Of a stretch of DNA of 64,000 nucleotides, positions 36,501-44,740 are shown one piece after another. The notes under the pieces were generated by a model. That model was not told the origin of the DNA and did not search any database. It was given only the letters and a program-made list of their open reading frames with translations. The number at the start of each line of letters is the position of its first letter. Position 1 is the first letter of the stretch. The DNA is from Planctomycetota bacterium (lineage in GTDB: Bacteria > Planctomycetota > PLA2 > JAEUHO01), in assembly GCA_050248855.1 (NCBI GenBank), contig JBFWRP010000008.1, positions 96,001 to 160,000 on the forward strand. The letters are read 5' to 3'. A program made the translations under genes and the position numbers.

Positions 36501-36931
36501 GCGCGAACTGGCGCCCGGAGGATCTCTACGCCAAGGGCTACCCCGTGAGCCGTGTCCACGTGGTTCGGGCGACCGAAGCCGACTTGGCAGATGGCATCGT
36601 CGTCGACATCGGCATCCAGCGCTCGGACGCAGGCGCATCCGAGCCCCTGTTCTCCGCGGAGGTTCCACGGGCGATCATCTCGGGCGAAGTGAAGTGGAGC
36701 CGCCTCGCGCGGGACGCAGGCTGGTCCGTCTCGCGCCTCCAACCTCGGGTGGACGAGACGCCGGAGGCCGTGGACGCGCTCCTCCTCGTCTCCAGCTACC
36801 TGCAGAAGGCACAGTTGTTCTCGGATGCCCGGGGCCTTGCGGAACGCGCCGAGGAGGGCGCGAAGGCGCTCGGGGATCCAGCGCGGCTCGAAGAGGCGAC
36901 CAAGCTCCGCGAGGCGCTGGAGCCGAAGTAG
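33590..36931 (+). CDS. Secreted prenyltransferase/squalene-cyclase-like alpha-barrel + HEAT-repeat protein, paralog 2
   Basis: AGGAGG RBS; AIERGCAYLVAQQAGDGSW, ARNPYHGWRYG, SWPPVGAWGAVGGRVYSTA; same architecture as paralog 1. Confidence 0.8.
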   Translation: MRWRAQTPRRGPLRAPQVGSAVCRLRRPLPRGVMSYCLGVATLVVLLGGWSPAGLRRALPKGAPEAPLFVQRRLPVGGARSVFDGPAIESAEDIKRVDQAIERGCAYLVAQQAGDGSWQGQADPAYRWGVTALAVLALMDAGHPYLEDTPESRALRGGIEFLCASQDGDGCVGPRAAQKYVYNHAFAAYAILRACDLHDAAWLLGSANKALAFSAMARNPYHGWRYGLKPADNDPDISGAMMLAHAVGEGVGARAVKRGRSASLSLDDGAVDGVSNVLQKLTDFQNGRVGYLERGGGPGRYVDLHGASGEKFPFDLSQGPTAISAWFYLRFGKDEEAAVQVERAIKLMAGVAPAWTPDRGNIDQYYWLWGARVAHEQDRKGGPPVPALEAWRGAAVHALLDGQEGGTAASAGSWPPVGAWGAVGGRVYSTAVAVSTLKLSAYRGAPVAEPDARELVKHLRDRKADLDDRLALLEGISPEAPDLVVKTVAGLLSDAEPLVRLAAAEALARIGPAADAHRTLVGRQLAREQLVPIRQALVFALLRMSRASKSVMIALQRAAEDPDAGVRLLGRLAEEALAAEKPIRGVRGLHWVPTAAAAVELLKDAGQLEPESAARRAAAARWALLRSCRLPYAIGGRVGQRLAVLPAGPLEQASVLEAAEKALAAAASPEVPPAEQRALTDAALEAIERLSGASAGRARLAAALEVHAARAAKGGDGSAVADGVRRLELHVAELKEVASKAGEQDRAACSLVELACQDALAVLLLQAKAPGAEERVRWTIALHEEVARTLYLFPELRPWSDLGRAELLEKLAEAAPTPDAFKAARDVAAEVMGAVDATTNDRRASLRAAAMAARLAPLVPAPPPDFYLSRQSPPAPLERVTTKEELRVELLDVAFLRLPLETPKGRNEWSDDEQLVIRTRIKPPTEGLTWDDRAWRLIVRARRGKAAEQGPPLPPWVDDARSRSVEESRLGANWRPEDLYAKGYPVSRVHVVRATEADLADGIVVDIGIQRSDAGASEPLFSAEVPRAIISGEVKWSRLARDAGWSVSRLQPRVDETPEAVDALLLVSSYLQKAQLFSDARGLAERAEEGAKALGDPARLEEATKLREALEPK

Positions 36932-36969
36932 TCTCAGAACGCTACGCCCCAGATCCCCGGGGAGGACGG

Positions 36970-39900
36970 ATGCCGGCTGGTGGATCGGACGTGACACGGG
37001 TTCGTCGGGAGGCGTGCCGTGCCGTGTCGCTGGCCGCGGCGGGTCGGCTCGGTGCGGCCCTCCTGACCTTCCTGCTGCTGCTGGTAACGCCGTGGCGCAT
37101 GCACGGTGCGGCGGGTGGGGAGCCCACGGCCGATGCCCTTCTCCTCGTGCGCAGGGTCGCCGTGCGGGCGACCAGCCGAGTGCGGTTTGCGGGCTGGGCC
37201 GTGAAGCGGGACCCGGACGAGAAGCAGGTCAAGCAGGCGATCGCCCGCGGGTGTGCGTGGTTGGTCGCGCACCAGGAACAAGACGGCAGCTTCCTGGGAG
37301 AGGCCAGCACCGAGTATCGAACCGGGCTGTCCGCGCTCGCCCTGTTGGCGCTGATGGACGCGGGACATGGACCCGACGACGCCACGCCGGAGGGGGGCGC
37401 GCTTCGCAAGGGCCTCGCCTTCCTGCTTGCGTCGCAGGACGACGAGGGATGTGTGGGCCCTCGCGGTACAGGGCCCTACATCCACGGCCACGCCTTCGGG
37501 GCGTACGCCCTGGTCCGTGCCTACGAGGTGTCCAGGACCCCGGCGCTTCAGCGGGGTGCGCAGGCCGCCCTGCATTTCACGGCACTTGCGCGCAATCCCT
37601 ACTTCGCCTACCGCTACGGGGTCAAACCCAACGACAACGACACCGAAGTCACCGGCTCCATGATGTTGGCCATTGCCGAAGCAGAGTCCATCAATGCGGA
37701 GGTGCCGGAGGGCGACGCCCCCCTCCTCTGGTTCGATCCCGGCGCGTGGGATGGCGTGCGGACGTGGCTCGACAAAGTCACGGACCTCCGGACCGGGCAG
37801 GCGGGCTACCTGGCGCGAGGTAGACGTCCTGCGCGCTACGGTGACGAGCACGAAGGGAAGTTCCCCGCGGAGCTGTCTGAGTCCACCACGGCGGTTGGCG
37901 CGTGGTGTCGGATGCGCTGGGGCGACGACCCCAACCGAGTCGAGCTCTTGGAGCAGGGCCTGGGGCGAATTGCCGCGCTTCCGCCGGAGTGGAATGCGCC
38001 TCACGGTCGCATTGACCAGTACTTCTGGATGTGGGGTGCGCGTGTTGCCCACGAGGTGGACCGATGGGGCGGCAAGGTCGCCAAGAGGCTCCTCCCCTGG
38101 CGGACCGAAGCTGCAGCCGCCCTGTTGCCCGCGCAGGTGGAAGGAGCCGACCCGGCCCCCGATGCGGGATCCTGGCCGCCGGAAGGCGCGTGGGGCCGTT
38201 GGGGAGGACGTGTCTACAGCACGGCACTGGCCATCTCGACCCTCCAGCATGCCGCCTACCGCGGCGTGGAGCGCCCCGAAGACGCCGACAAGGCGCGCAT
38301 CGCGCAGATGCGTGATCCCGACATTGACGTGGACGCCCGCCTCGCCGTGATCGAGTCGGTGCCGGCAGAGGCCTCGACGGCGCTCGTCGATGCCCTCGCC
38401 GAGCTGTTGCGCGATCCGCTGCCCCTCGTCCGGCTCGCGGCGGCCGAAGCCCTCGCGCGCGTCGGCCACGGCGCCGCACCCAAGGCGACACGCGTGGCCA
38501 GGCTGCTCGGCTCGGAGGACCAGCTCGAGGTGCGGCACGCGCTGCTCCTGGCACTCTTGCGAATGCAGAGGAGTACCCAGTCGGTCAGGGCGGCCCTGGC
38601 GAGTGCCGTCGACGATCCCGACCCCGGTGTGCGTGCGCTGGCCGAGCTTGCCCGCGAGGGTCTGGAGACGGACGTGGCTTCAGCGAGGGTGAAGTCCCTC
38701 GCGCGACTGCGAAGTGCGGCGGAGGTCCTGGCGACCTTGGAGGACCGAGGCCAGCTCGGCCTGGAGGGCGTGCCGGCTCGTGTCGCAGCGGTGCAGTGGC
38801 GCCTGCTACGCAAGATCGGCCTGCCGCGCTTCCTCGGCGAGCGGGTAGGGGAGCGGCTGGCCCTCCTGCCGACGTCGCCCCTGGAGGAGGCCACCGTCTT
38901 GGAAGCGGTGGAGAGGGCGCTCGCCACCGTGCCTCTGGTGGGCGCGCCGCGCCAAGACGCGCGAGCGCTCATCGACGCGGCCGTGGCCGAGATCGAGGCG
39001 CTCCCGGCGGGGCCCGGTGCCCGGGCGCGCCTTGCCGCGGCGATGGAGCTGCACCTTGCCCGCTCCACCCTCGGATCGAGCAACGCCGTTGCGACCGAGG
39101 TCGTCGTGCGGCTACAGCGCCACGCGGTCGTCCTGCGCGAGGTTGCGCCGACCCTGCCGGAACTGGAGCGGGTTGCGTGTCGCGTGGTTGAGCGTTGGTG
39201 CACGGCCGCGATCGAGGCCGTGGTTTCCAAGGACGCCGATACCGAGACCGCAGGCAGGCTCACGGCTGCGATCGACGGGCACGGAGCGCTAGCGCGTGAG
39301 CTCCGTTGCTATCCGGAGCTCGTGCGATGGATCCACTTGGCCCGCGCGCATCTGCAGGAGCGCCTGGCTCGCGCGACACAGGACGAGGCGGCGATGGCGT
39401 TGGCCCGGGAGCAGGCACTCGACCTCTTGGCGGCACCCCTCGACACAGCCGAGGGACAGCGTGTCGCCCTGCAGGCGGCGGCCCACGCAGCGCGCCTTGC
39501 CCCACGCGTCGGTGGCTCGCGCGTCGCGAGCCCCGTGCGGCAAGAGCTGCCCGCTGCGCCCCTGCTCGAGGTCGTGACCGAGGACGGTGTTCGCGTCGAG
39601 CTTATGGACGTGGCCCTCCAGCAGCTGCCTCTGCTCGAACCCAGCGACGGGCCGAGGCTGAGCGCCAGCGAGCATCTCGTCGTACGCCTCCGCACAACCC
39701 CCACGAAGTCTGCGATCGCACGGCCCGGGCGTGTGTGGCCCCTCTGGGTCCGCGTCCGAGGCGCCGCAGAGCCCGGGGAGGTCAACTTCCTGCCGTACAG
39801 GGCCGAGCAGAGGCCACTCCCGTTTGACCTCGACGCTCTGGGGGGAAGCTCCGAGCCGTCCGGTGCCGTGCCCGTGGGCCAATCGGTCGTCACCATCCAT

Positions 39901-40272
39901 GTCTTTCGGGTGACGGAGCCCGAGCTCGCTGAAGGTGTCGAGGTCGCGATCCAGACTGCAGGCGCGCGGTGGCAAGATCTCGAGCCGCTCCTTCTGCGCA
40001 CCCTCCCGGCCTGGGCCGTCGTGCGCAAGGTGCCGTGGACGCAGCTCTTGGATGCCACGAGGCGCGAGCTGCTCCAGCGCGTGCCCGACGTCGACGCTTC
40101 GCCTGAGGGGGTAGACGCCCTCTTGGTGTTCGCTGCCCTCGAGGCGCAGGCAGGCGTCTTGGATGTCGCGCAGGCCACGGCCGCACGGGCGGAGGCCGCC
40201 GCGCGGGCGCTAGGCGACGTGGAACGCGTCGTTCGTGCGCAGCAGCTCTGGGTGTCACTCGAGGGCAAGTAG
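36970..40272 (+). CDS. Secreted prenyltransferase/squalene-cyclase-like alpha-barrel + HEAT-repeat protein, paralog 3
   Basis: GGAGG RBS; AIARGCAWLVAHQEQDGS, ARNPYFAYRYG, SWPPEGAWGRWGGRVYSTA; collinear with paralog 1 to the C-terminus. Confidence 0.8.
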   Translation: MPAGGSDVTRVRREACRAVSLAAAGRLGAALLTFLLLLVTPWRMHGAAGGEPTADALLLVRRVAVRATSRVRFAGWAVKRDPDEKQVKQAIARGCAWLVAHQEQDGSFLGEASTEYRTGLSALALLALMDAGHGPDDATPEGGALRKGLAFLLASQDDEGCVGPRGTGPYIHGHAFGAYALVRAYEVSRTPALQRGAQAALHFTALARNPYFAYRYGVKPNDNDTEVTGSMMLAIAEAESINAEVPEGDAPLLWFDPGAWDGVRTWLDKVTDLRTGQAGYLARGRRPARYGDEHEGKFPAELSESTTAVGAWCRMRWGDDPNRVELLEQGLGRIAALPPEWNAPHGRIDQYFWMWGARVAHEVDRWGGKVAKRLLPWRTEAAAALLPAQVEGADPAPDAGSWPPEGAWGRWGGRVYSTALAISTLQHAAYRGVERPEDADKARIAQMRDPDIDVDARLAVIESVPAEASTALVDALAELLRDPLPLVRLAAAEALARVGHGAAPKATRVARLLGSEDQLEVRHALLLALLRMQRSTQSVRAALASAVDDPDPGVRALAELAREGLETDVASARVKSLARLRSAAEVLATLEDRGQLGLEGVPARVAAVQWRLLRKIGLPRFLGERVGERLALLPTSPLEEATVLEAVERALATVPLVGAPRQDARALIDAAVAEIEALPAGPGARARLAAAMELHLARSTLGSSNAVATEVVVRLQRHAVVLREVAPTLPELERVACRVVERWCTAAIEAVVSKDADTETAGRLTAAIDGHGALARELRCYPELVRWIHLARAHLQERLARATQDEAAMALAREQALDLLAAPLDTAEGQRVALQAAAHAARLAPRVGGSRVASPVRQELPAAPLLEVVTEDGVRVELMDVALQQLPLLEPSDGPRLSASEHLVVRLRTTPTKSAIARPGRVWPLWVRVRGAAEPGEVNFLPYRAEQRPLPFDLDALGGSSEPSGAVPVGQSVVTIHVFRVTEPELAEGVEVAIQTAGARWQDLEPLLLRTLPAWAVVRKVPWTQLLDATRRELLQRVPDVDASPEGVDALLVFAALEAQAGVLDVAQATAARAEAAARALGDVERVVRAQQLWVSLEGK

Positions 40273-40299
40273 TCGAGGAGGCGCTTGCTGTAGCCGCGG

Positions 40300-40620
40300 G
40301 GGCAGGGCGTCCCCGATCGCTTCGTGTCTTGGACGAGCGTGTCCACGTGCACCGCGATGGCCCCCAGACCGAGGGCGTTCCACGCTGACGACCCCGTGAG
40401 CACGTACGGCGCACCACCGAGGAGGGCACGGAGGAGCTCCTCGTCGCGCGGGGGCACCCCGCCGAAGCGGCCGGTGCCCGGCTGCGTGCAAAGCCCATGG
40501 CCCAGTCGGCGGAGATCCCCCGTCGGTACGAGTCGCAAGGCCAAGCACGTGGGCTTGGCCGACCAACGCTCGAGGTCCGGCGTCCGATCGAGGCGGCCGG
40601 GACGGCGGGGCAGGGAGGGG
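40300..40620 (-). pseudogene. Degenerate N-terminal fragment of a DUF6088/AbiEi-like antitoxin-type protein
   Basis: PGRLDRTPDLERWSAKPT..LRRLGHGL..RFGGVPPRDEELLRALL..YVLTGSSAWNALGLG..TLVQDTKRSG, then similarity ends abruptly. Boundaries approximate. Confidence 0.5.
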
Positions 40621-40789
40621 GGCCGGCGCAAGACCAGTTTCGTGAGCGCCCGAGCGGCGCCGGGCGCAAGCCACCGCCGAGTACGGTCGAGCCGAGATCG
40701 ATTGCACAAAGCTACGCATCTCGCTACTTCGTGCACTTGGTTTCGGGAGGGCCGGCGATGGCTGCGGCCAATCTGCTGTCGGACCTCCA

Positions 40790-41560
40790 GAGCCGCGGGC
40801 GCACCGAGCCCGGCCGCCGTCTTCAACACGGTCGACCGCACGTTCGCATATCTCAACAACCTCACGAACGGGATCTGGCACCTGAACAGCGACCAGATCA
40901 TCGTCGGCAACTACAGCGACGCCGGCTACTGATCGCATGCGGCCGGTGTTGGCGGACGGCCCGCGGAGCCCGACAACGACACGGGCGGTACCAACTACCT
41001 GCGGATGGTCTTCTGCTCCCGGACGAACACGGTGACCTATGGCACGTCGGTCATCGGGGACCCCGGGGGTGTCGGTCCGCTCGCGGCTGCCGATCTCAGG
41101 ATCGCGTCGACCGACCGCACGACCGGAGCCCTGGGAGCCCGGGTCCCCCCGACCTTTACCGACGGCTACATCGGCCACTGCACGGTCATCTCCTGCAGCG
41201 CGACGGAGCTGCTGATCCTGCAGGACACCTCCACGATCCGTCGCTATGCGACCACCGTCGGGAGCACCACGCTCCAACTCGTCGGCACCGTGGCCCTCTC
41301 GCAGGCCCCGCCGGCCTCGGCCGTGGGCACCGTCACCTTCGGAGGGACGTTCGCCATCGACGGGGCCTACTTCTACATTGCCAACAGCGCCACCTCGTCC
41401 GCTTCCCTCGACTACTCCGTGTACCAACCCGACGGGACCTACGTCGCATCGTACACGGCGGCCGGGAGCGGAGCGATCAACAGCACGTATTCGACTGGTC
41501 CGTGGGCCGGTACGCGACGCACGATGGCTTCGGCGGTCGGACCGGCGGCAAGGCGCTCGA
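40790..41560 (+). pseudogene. Disrupted beta-rich extracellular-type protein
   Basis: Thr/Ser/Tyr/Gly-rich frame (FNTVDRTFAYLNNLTNGIW..SDAGY) interrupted by in-frame TGA at 40930-40932, continuing SHAAG..YLRMVFCSRTN; apparent frameshift near 41490 (STY / FDWSVGRYATHDGFGG). Boundaries approximate. Confidence 0.6.
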
Positions 41561-41710
41561 GGGCCAGGGTGGCGGTGCGGGCATTGACACGCAGTGCTCA
41601 GCGGGGTCTCCGCCGACCACACGCTGAAGCCGTAGGGCGTCTGGGGCGGACGTTCTGCGTCCGGCTCACCTGCCACTCGAGCGGCTTCCCGGGCGCGCAC
41701 CCGGGCGGCG

Positions 41711-42649
41711 TCAGTCTGCGTCGTTCCCGCCGCCGAGGTCCTCGGTACGCCCGAGCACCTCGACCAGGGTGTGAAGGCCCGACTTGCCGCGGATCTCCAG
41801 CTCGGCGCGGCGGCCCGTGCGTACAAGCGAGGCCACGCGCGCAAGGACGACATCGCTCACGAGGAGCCGCGTGCCGAGTTCCTTGTTGGCCGCCTCGATG
41901 CGGCTGGCCACGTTGACCACGTCGCCGATCACGGTGTCGTGCTCGCGATGCCAGGGTGTGGGGGAGCCGACCACGACCGTGCCTGCATGCACGCCGACCC
42001 GTGCCGCGAAGCCCTGGGCGTAGGCCGCGCCGAAGTAGGCGCCAACGGCCGAGGCTACGTCCAGCAGGCCCAGACCCGCGAACACGGCCGCCGCGGCGGC
42101 CTCGGCCTCCGGGCGTTGGAAGACCGCCAGGAGGCCGTCGCCCATGTAGTTGTCCACGCGCCCGCCGTGCGCTTCGATCACGGCCGTCGCCTGATGGAAC
42201 CAACGGTGCAACACGTGCACCACGTCGTAGGCCGGCAAGATCTCCGTGAGATGGGTGAAGCCCTCGACGTCGGCGAAGAGCACGGCGACGTGCGCCTCGC
42301 GTCCCATCGAGGCCGAGGTGGTGCGGCTCTTGAACTGTCGCGTGAGCTCGGTGTCTTCGGGGTCGAGGACGAGGCGACGCACGGTCACGTCGCCGTGGAT
42401 CCTCGTCTGGCAGGCAAGACGGATGGCGTCTTCGAGTCCAATGCGCTCGGCCATGCGTTGCTCGTCCTGCGTGCGGGGCGTACAGCTCGCGATGCCGGCC
42501 ACGACACGTACACGACACGTGCTGCAGCGGGCGTGACCGCCGCACGCATGGACGATGGGCACGTCGGCTTGACGAAGCGCCTCCAGGAGGGTCTGGCCCG
42601 GTTCGACGTGTACCGGGCGATCGTCGGGCAGGGCGAGCGAGATGGCCAT
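41711..42649 (-). CDS. 2Fe-2S ferredoxin-domain class III adenylate/guanylate cyclase
   Basis: HACGGHARCSTCRV..RLACQT; VLFADVEGFT, NYMGDGLLAVF, VGVHAG, TVIGDVVNVASRIEAANK. Confidence 0.92.
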   Translation of the reverse strand: MAISLALPDDRPVHVEPGQTLLEALRQADVPIVHACGGHARCSTCRVRVVAGIASCTPRTQDEQRMAERIGLEDAIRLACQTRIHGDVTVRRLVLDPEDTELTRQFKSRTTSASMGREAHVAVLFADVEGFTHLTEILPAYDVVHVLHRWFHQATAVIEAHGGRVDNYMGDGLLAVFQRPEAEAAAAAVFAGLGLLDVASAVGAYFGAAYAQGFAARVGVHAGTVVVGSPTPWHREHDTVIGDVVNVASRIEAANKELGTRLLVSDVVLARVASLVRTGRRAELEIRGKSGLHTLVEVLGRTEDLGGGNDAD

Positions 42650-42808
42650 GGTTCGTAGCCTACTGGGCACGGTGGTGAGATGCGCAGCTGCACGCTCCTG
42701 ACGCCGTGCCGGTACGGCGCGTTCCTGCTTCGGCCCGTTCGCATCCTCGTCGTCGGGGAGTGCGCGCCAGGGCATGGCGAGGAGCACGAAGCGACTCCCC
42801 GCAGGCGT

Positions 42809-43130
42809 TCAGCCCCGGAGGTGCGGGACTGAGCGGGGCCGGACAGGCGCTTGCTTGGGGCGCCGCACGCGGCGCTTGCGGGCCGTGGTCGTGGCGCGCC
42901 TGGCCGTCGCGGACGCCTTCGGGCCCGCCCCTTGCGTCGCGGCCTTCTTCGAGCGCCCCTGGCGCTCGAGGTTGTCGCACCAAGCCTTGCCCCAGAAGGA
43001 GCGGGCGATGTGGCGACCTTCCACGATCACCGGCAGCGTCTTCTGGCCGGACTTGCGTCGCGCCTCGACTTCACGCTGCCCCTGGGCCCTCCTGCTGGCG
43101 ACGGGGAGCGCGCCTGCAAGCGGCACGAAG
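42809..43130 (-). pseudogene. Internally deleted SWIM zinc-finger-family gene (N-terminus joined to basic tail)
   Basis: PVASRRAQGQREVEARRKSGQKTLPVIVEGRHIARSFWGKAWCDNLER jumps directly to a Lys/Arg/Ala-rich tail; the SWIM core is absent. Confidence 0.6.
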
Positions 43131-43231
43131 GGCGTGGATCGACGGCGCATGCGAGACCGGCAATCGGGCGAGGCGCGCATCCGCGTGCAGGGGGTGCGGG
43201 CTTGCGATGCCCTCGTGCGACGGTTCGCGCG

Positions 43232-43255
43232 CGGACCATCGGACCATCGGACCAT
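43232..43255 (+). repeat. (CGGACCAT)x3 short tandem repeat
   Basis: Direct reading; lies just after the stop of the CNNM/HlyC gene. Confidence 0.8.
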
Positions 43256-43257
43256 CG

Positions 43258-44505
43258 TCACCCGGGGGCGACGGGCCCGGGCTCGGCGGCCAGGCGCTCG
43301 ACGAGGACCGTGTGGACGCGCCGGCCCTTGACGCGCTCGGCGCTCATGCGGTGGCCGAGCAGCTCCACGGCGTCGCCCCGCGTGGGCGGATGGCCGAGCG
43401 TGCCCATGAGCAGCCCGCCGACCGTGTCCCAACCGGCCTTGGGGAAGGTGGCGCCCACCAGGTCGTTCATGCGCTCCACGGAGAGGCCTGCGTCGACGCG
43501 CCAGCGTCCGGGTCCCACCTCGACGACGGGGGGCTCTTCGCGGTCGTGCTCGTCCTCGATCTCGCCGACGATCTCCTCGAGCAGGTCCTCCAGCGTCACC
43601 AGGCCGGACACGCTCCCGAACTCGTCGACGACCATCGCCATGTGCGCGTGTTCGCGCTGCATGTCGCGGAAGAGCTCGGCCACGGGCCGGGACTCGGGGA
43701 CGAAGCGGATCGGCTGGAGCAGCTCGCGGAGCGTGGTCGTGCCGGGGTCGCGCGCCACGCGCAACACGTCCTTGGCGTGCACGAAGCCGAGCGTCTCGTC
43801 GAGGTGGCCGGCGTGCACGGGAATGCGCGAGCAGCCGCTCTTGAGGAAGACATCGACCGCCGTCTCGAGGCTGGCGCCGACCGGGAGCGCCGTGATGTCG
43901 GGCCGCGGCGTGGCCACCTCGCGCACGAGCGTGTCCCCGAACTTGAGGATCGAGTGGATCATCGCCCGCTCGGTGGCGCGCAGGACGCCTTCTTCCGCGC
44001 CGACGTCGGCCAGGGAGCGGATGTCCTCGTGCGAGACGGACTCCCGGTCCGAGCGCGGCAGCAGCAGGCCGGCCAGGCCGACCAGCAGCTTGGTCGGTAG
44101 CCACAGCAGCCGTGCCAGGCCCAGGACGAACGGCGCCAGCGCCAGCGCCACGGCGTCGCTGTGCAGGATGCCGACGGTCTTGGAGAGCGCTTCCACCACC
44201 ACGAAGTAGCCCAGCGTGAAGAGCACGGACGCCACCACCACGCCGGCATCGCCCCACGCTTCCGTCGCGAGCAGCGCAACGAGGATGGCCGAGCCGTTCT
44301 GCGCAAGCATGACCGCGAGGTAGATCGCGTTGAAGTGGGGCGCCGGATCGGTCTCGATCTCGACGAGGGCCGCTGCGTGCCGGCGGCCCTCGACCTGGAG
44401 CGCCAGTGCCCGCACGCGGCTGACGCGGCTGAGGGAGGCCTCCGCGAGCGCCAGCACCGAGCCCAGGGCCACGAGGACCACGACGACCAGCGCCATCGCG
44501 ATCAT
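43258..44505 (-). CDS. Hemolysin/CNNM family protein (DUF21-CBS-CBS-CorC)
   Basis: N-terminal TMs, ALAEASL, SILKFGDTLVREVATPRPDI, SRIPVH, MAMVVDEFGSVSGLVTLEDLLEEIVGEIEDEHD, DTVGGL. Confidence 0.93.
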   Translation of the reverse strand: MIAMALVVVVLVALGSVLALAEASLSRVSRVRALALQVEGRRHAAALVEIETDPAPHFNAIYLAVMLAQNGSAILVALLATEAWGDAGVVVASVLFTLGYFVVVEALSKTVGILHSDAVALALAPFVLGLARLLWLPTKLLVGLAGLLLPRSDRESVSHEDIRSLADVGAEEGVLRATERAMIHSILKFGDTLVREVATPRPDITALPVGASLETAVDVFLKSGCSRIPVHAGHLDETLGFVHAKDVLRVARDPGTTTLRELLQPIRFVPESRPVAELFRDMQREHAHMAMVVDEFGSVSGLVTLEDLLEEIVGEIEDEHDREEPPVVEVGPGRWRVDAGLSVERMNDLVGATFPKAGWDTVGGLLMGTLGHPPTRGDAVELLGHRMSAERVKGRRVHTVLVERLAAEPGPVAPG

Positions 44506-44740
44506 CGGGGTTTCCGCGCAGGACGGGAAGCCGGGTCCAGGGAGGTCGACATGCCTTGACAGATCCTGCACGAGGGTGGGCGTCGTGTCGATGCGGCGCG
44601 GCACGGCCCCGGCGCGGCCGTCCCGTCCCTGCTGGCTTGTGGATTGCCCCGCGGCCCGCGCTCCGCTACGGTCCGACCGGGACGCGGGCATCTGGACCGC
44701 GGCGAAAGGAGCACGCGTGACGGCAAGGTGCGGGGAGGGC

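Noticed and set aside
29848..40272. Paralogs as true squalene-hopene cyclases
   Set aside because: Single barrel, signal peptides, HEAT fusions and no DxDD motif.
40930..40932. In-frame TGA as selenocysteine or programmed readthrough
   Set aside because: The same gene also has a frameshift and no clear start, so decay (probably TGG to TGA) is simpler.
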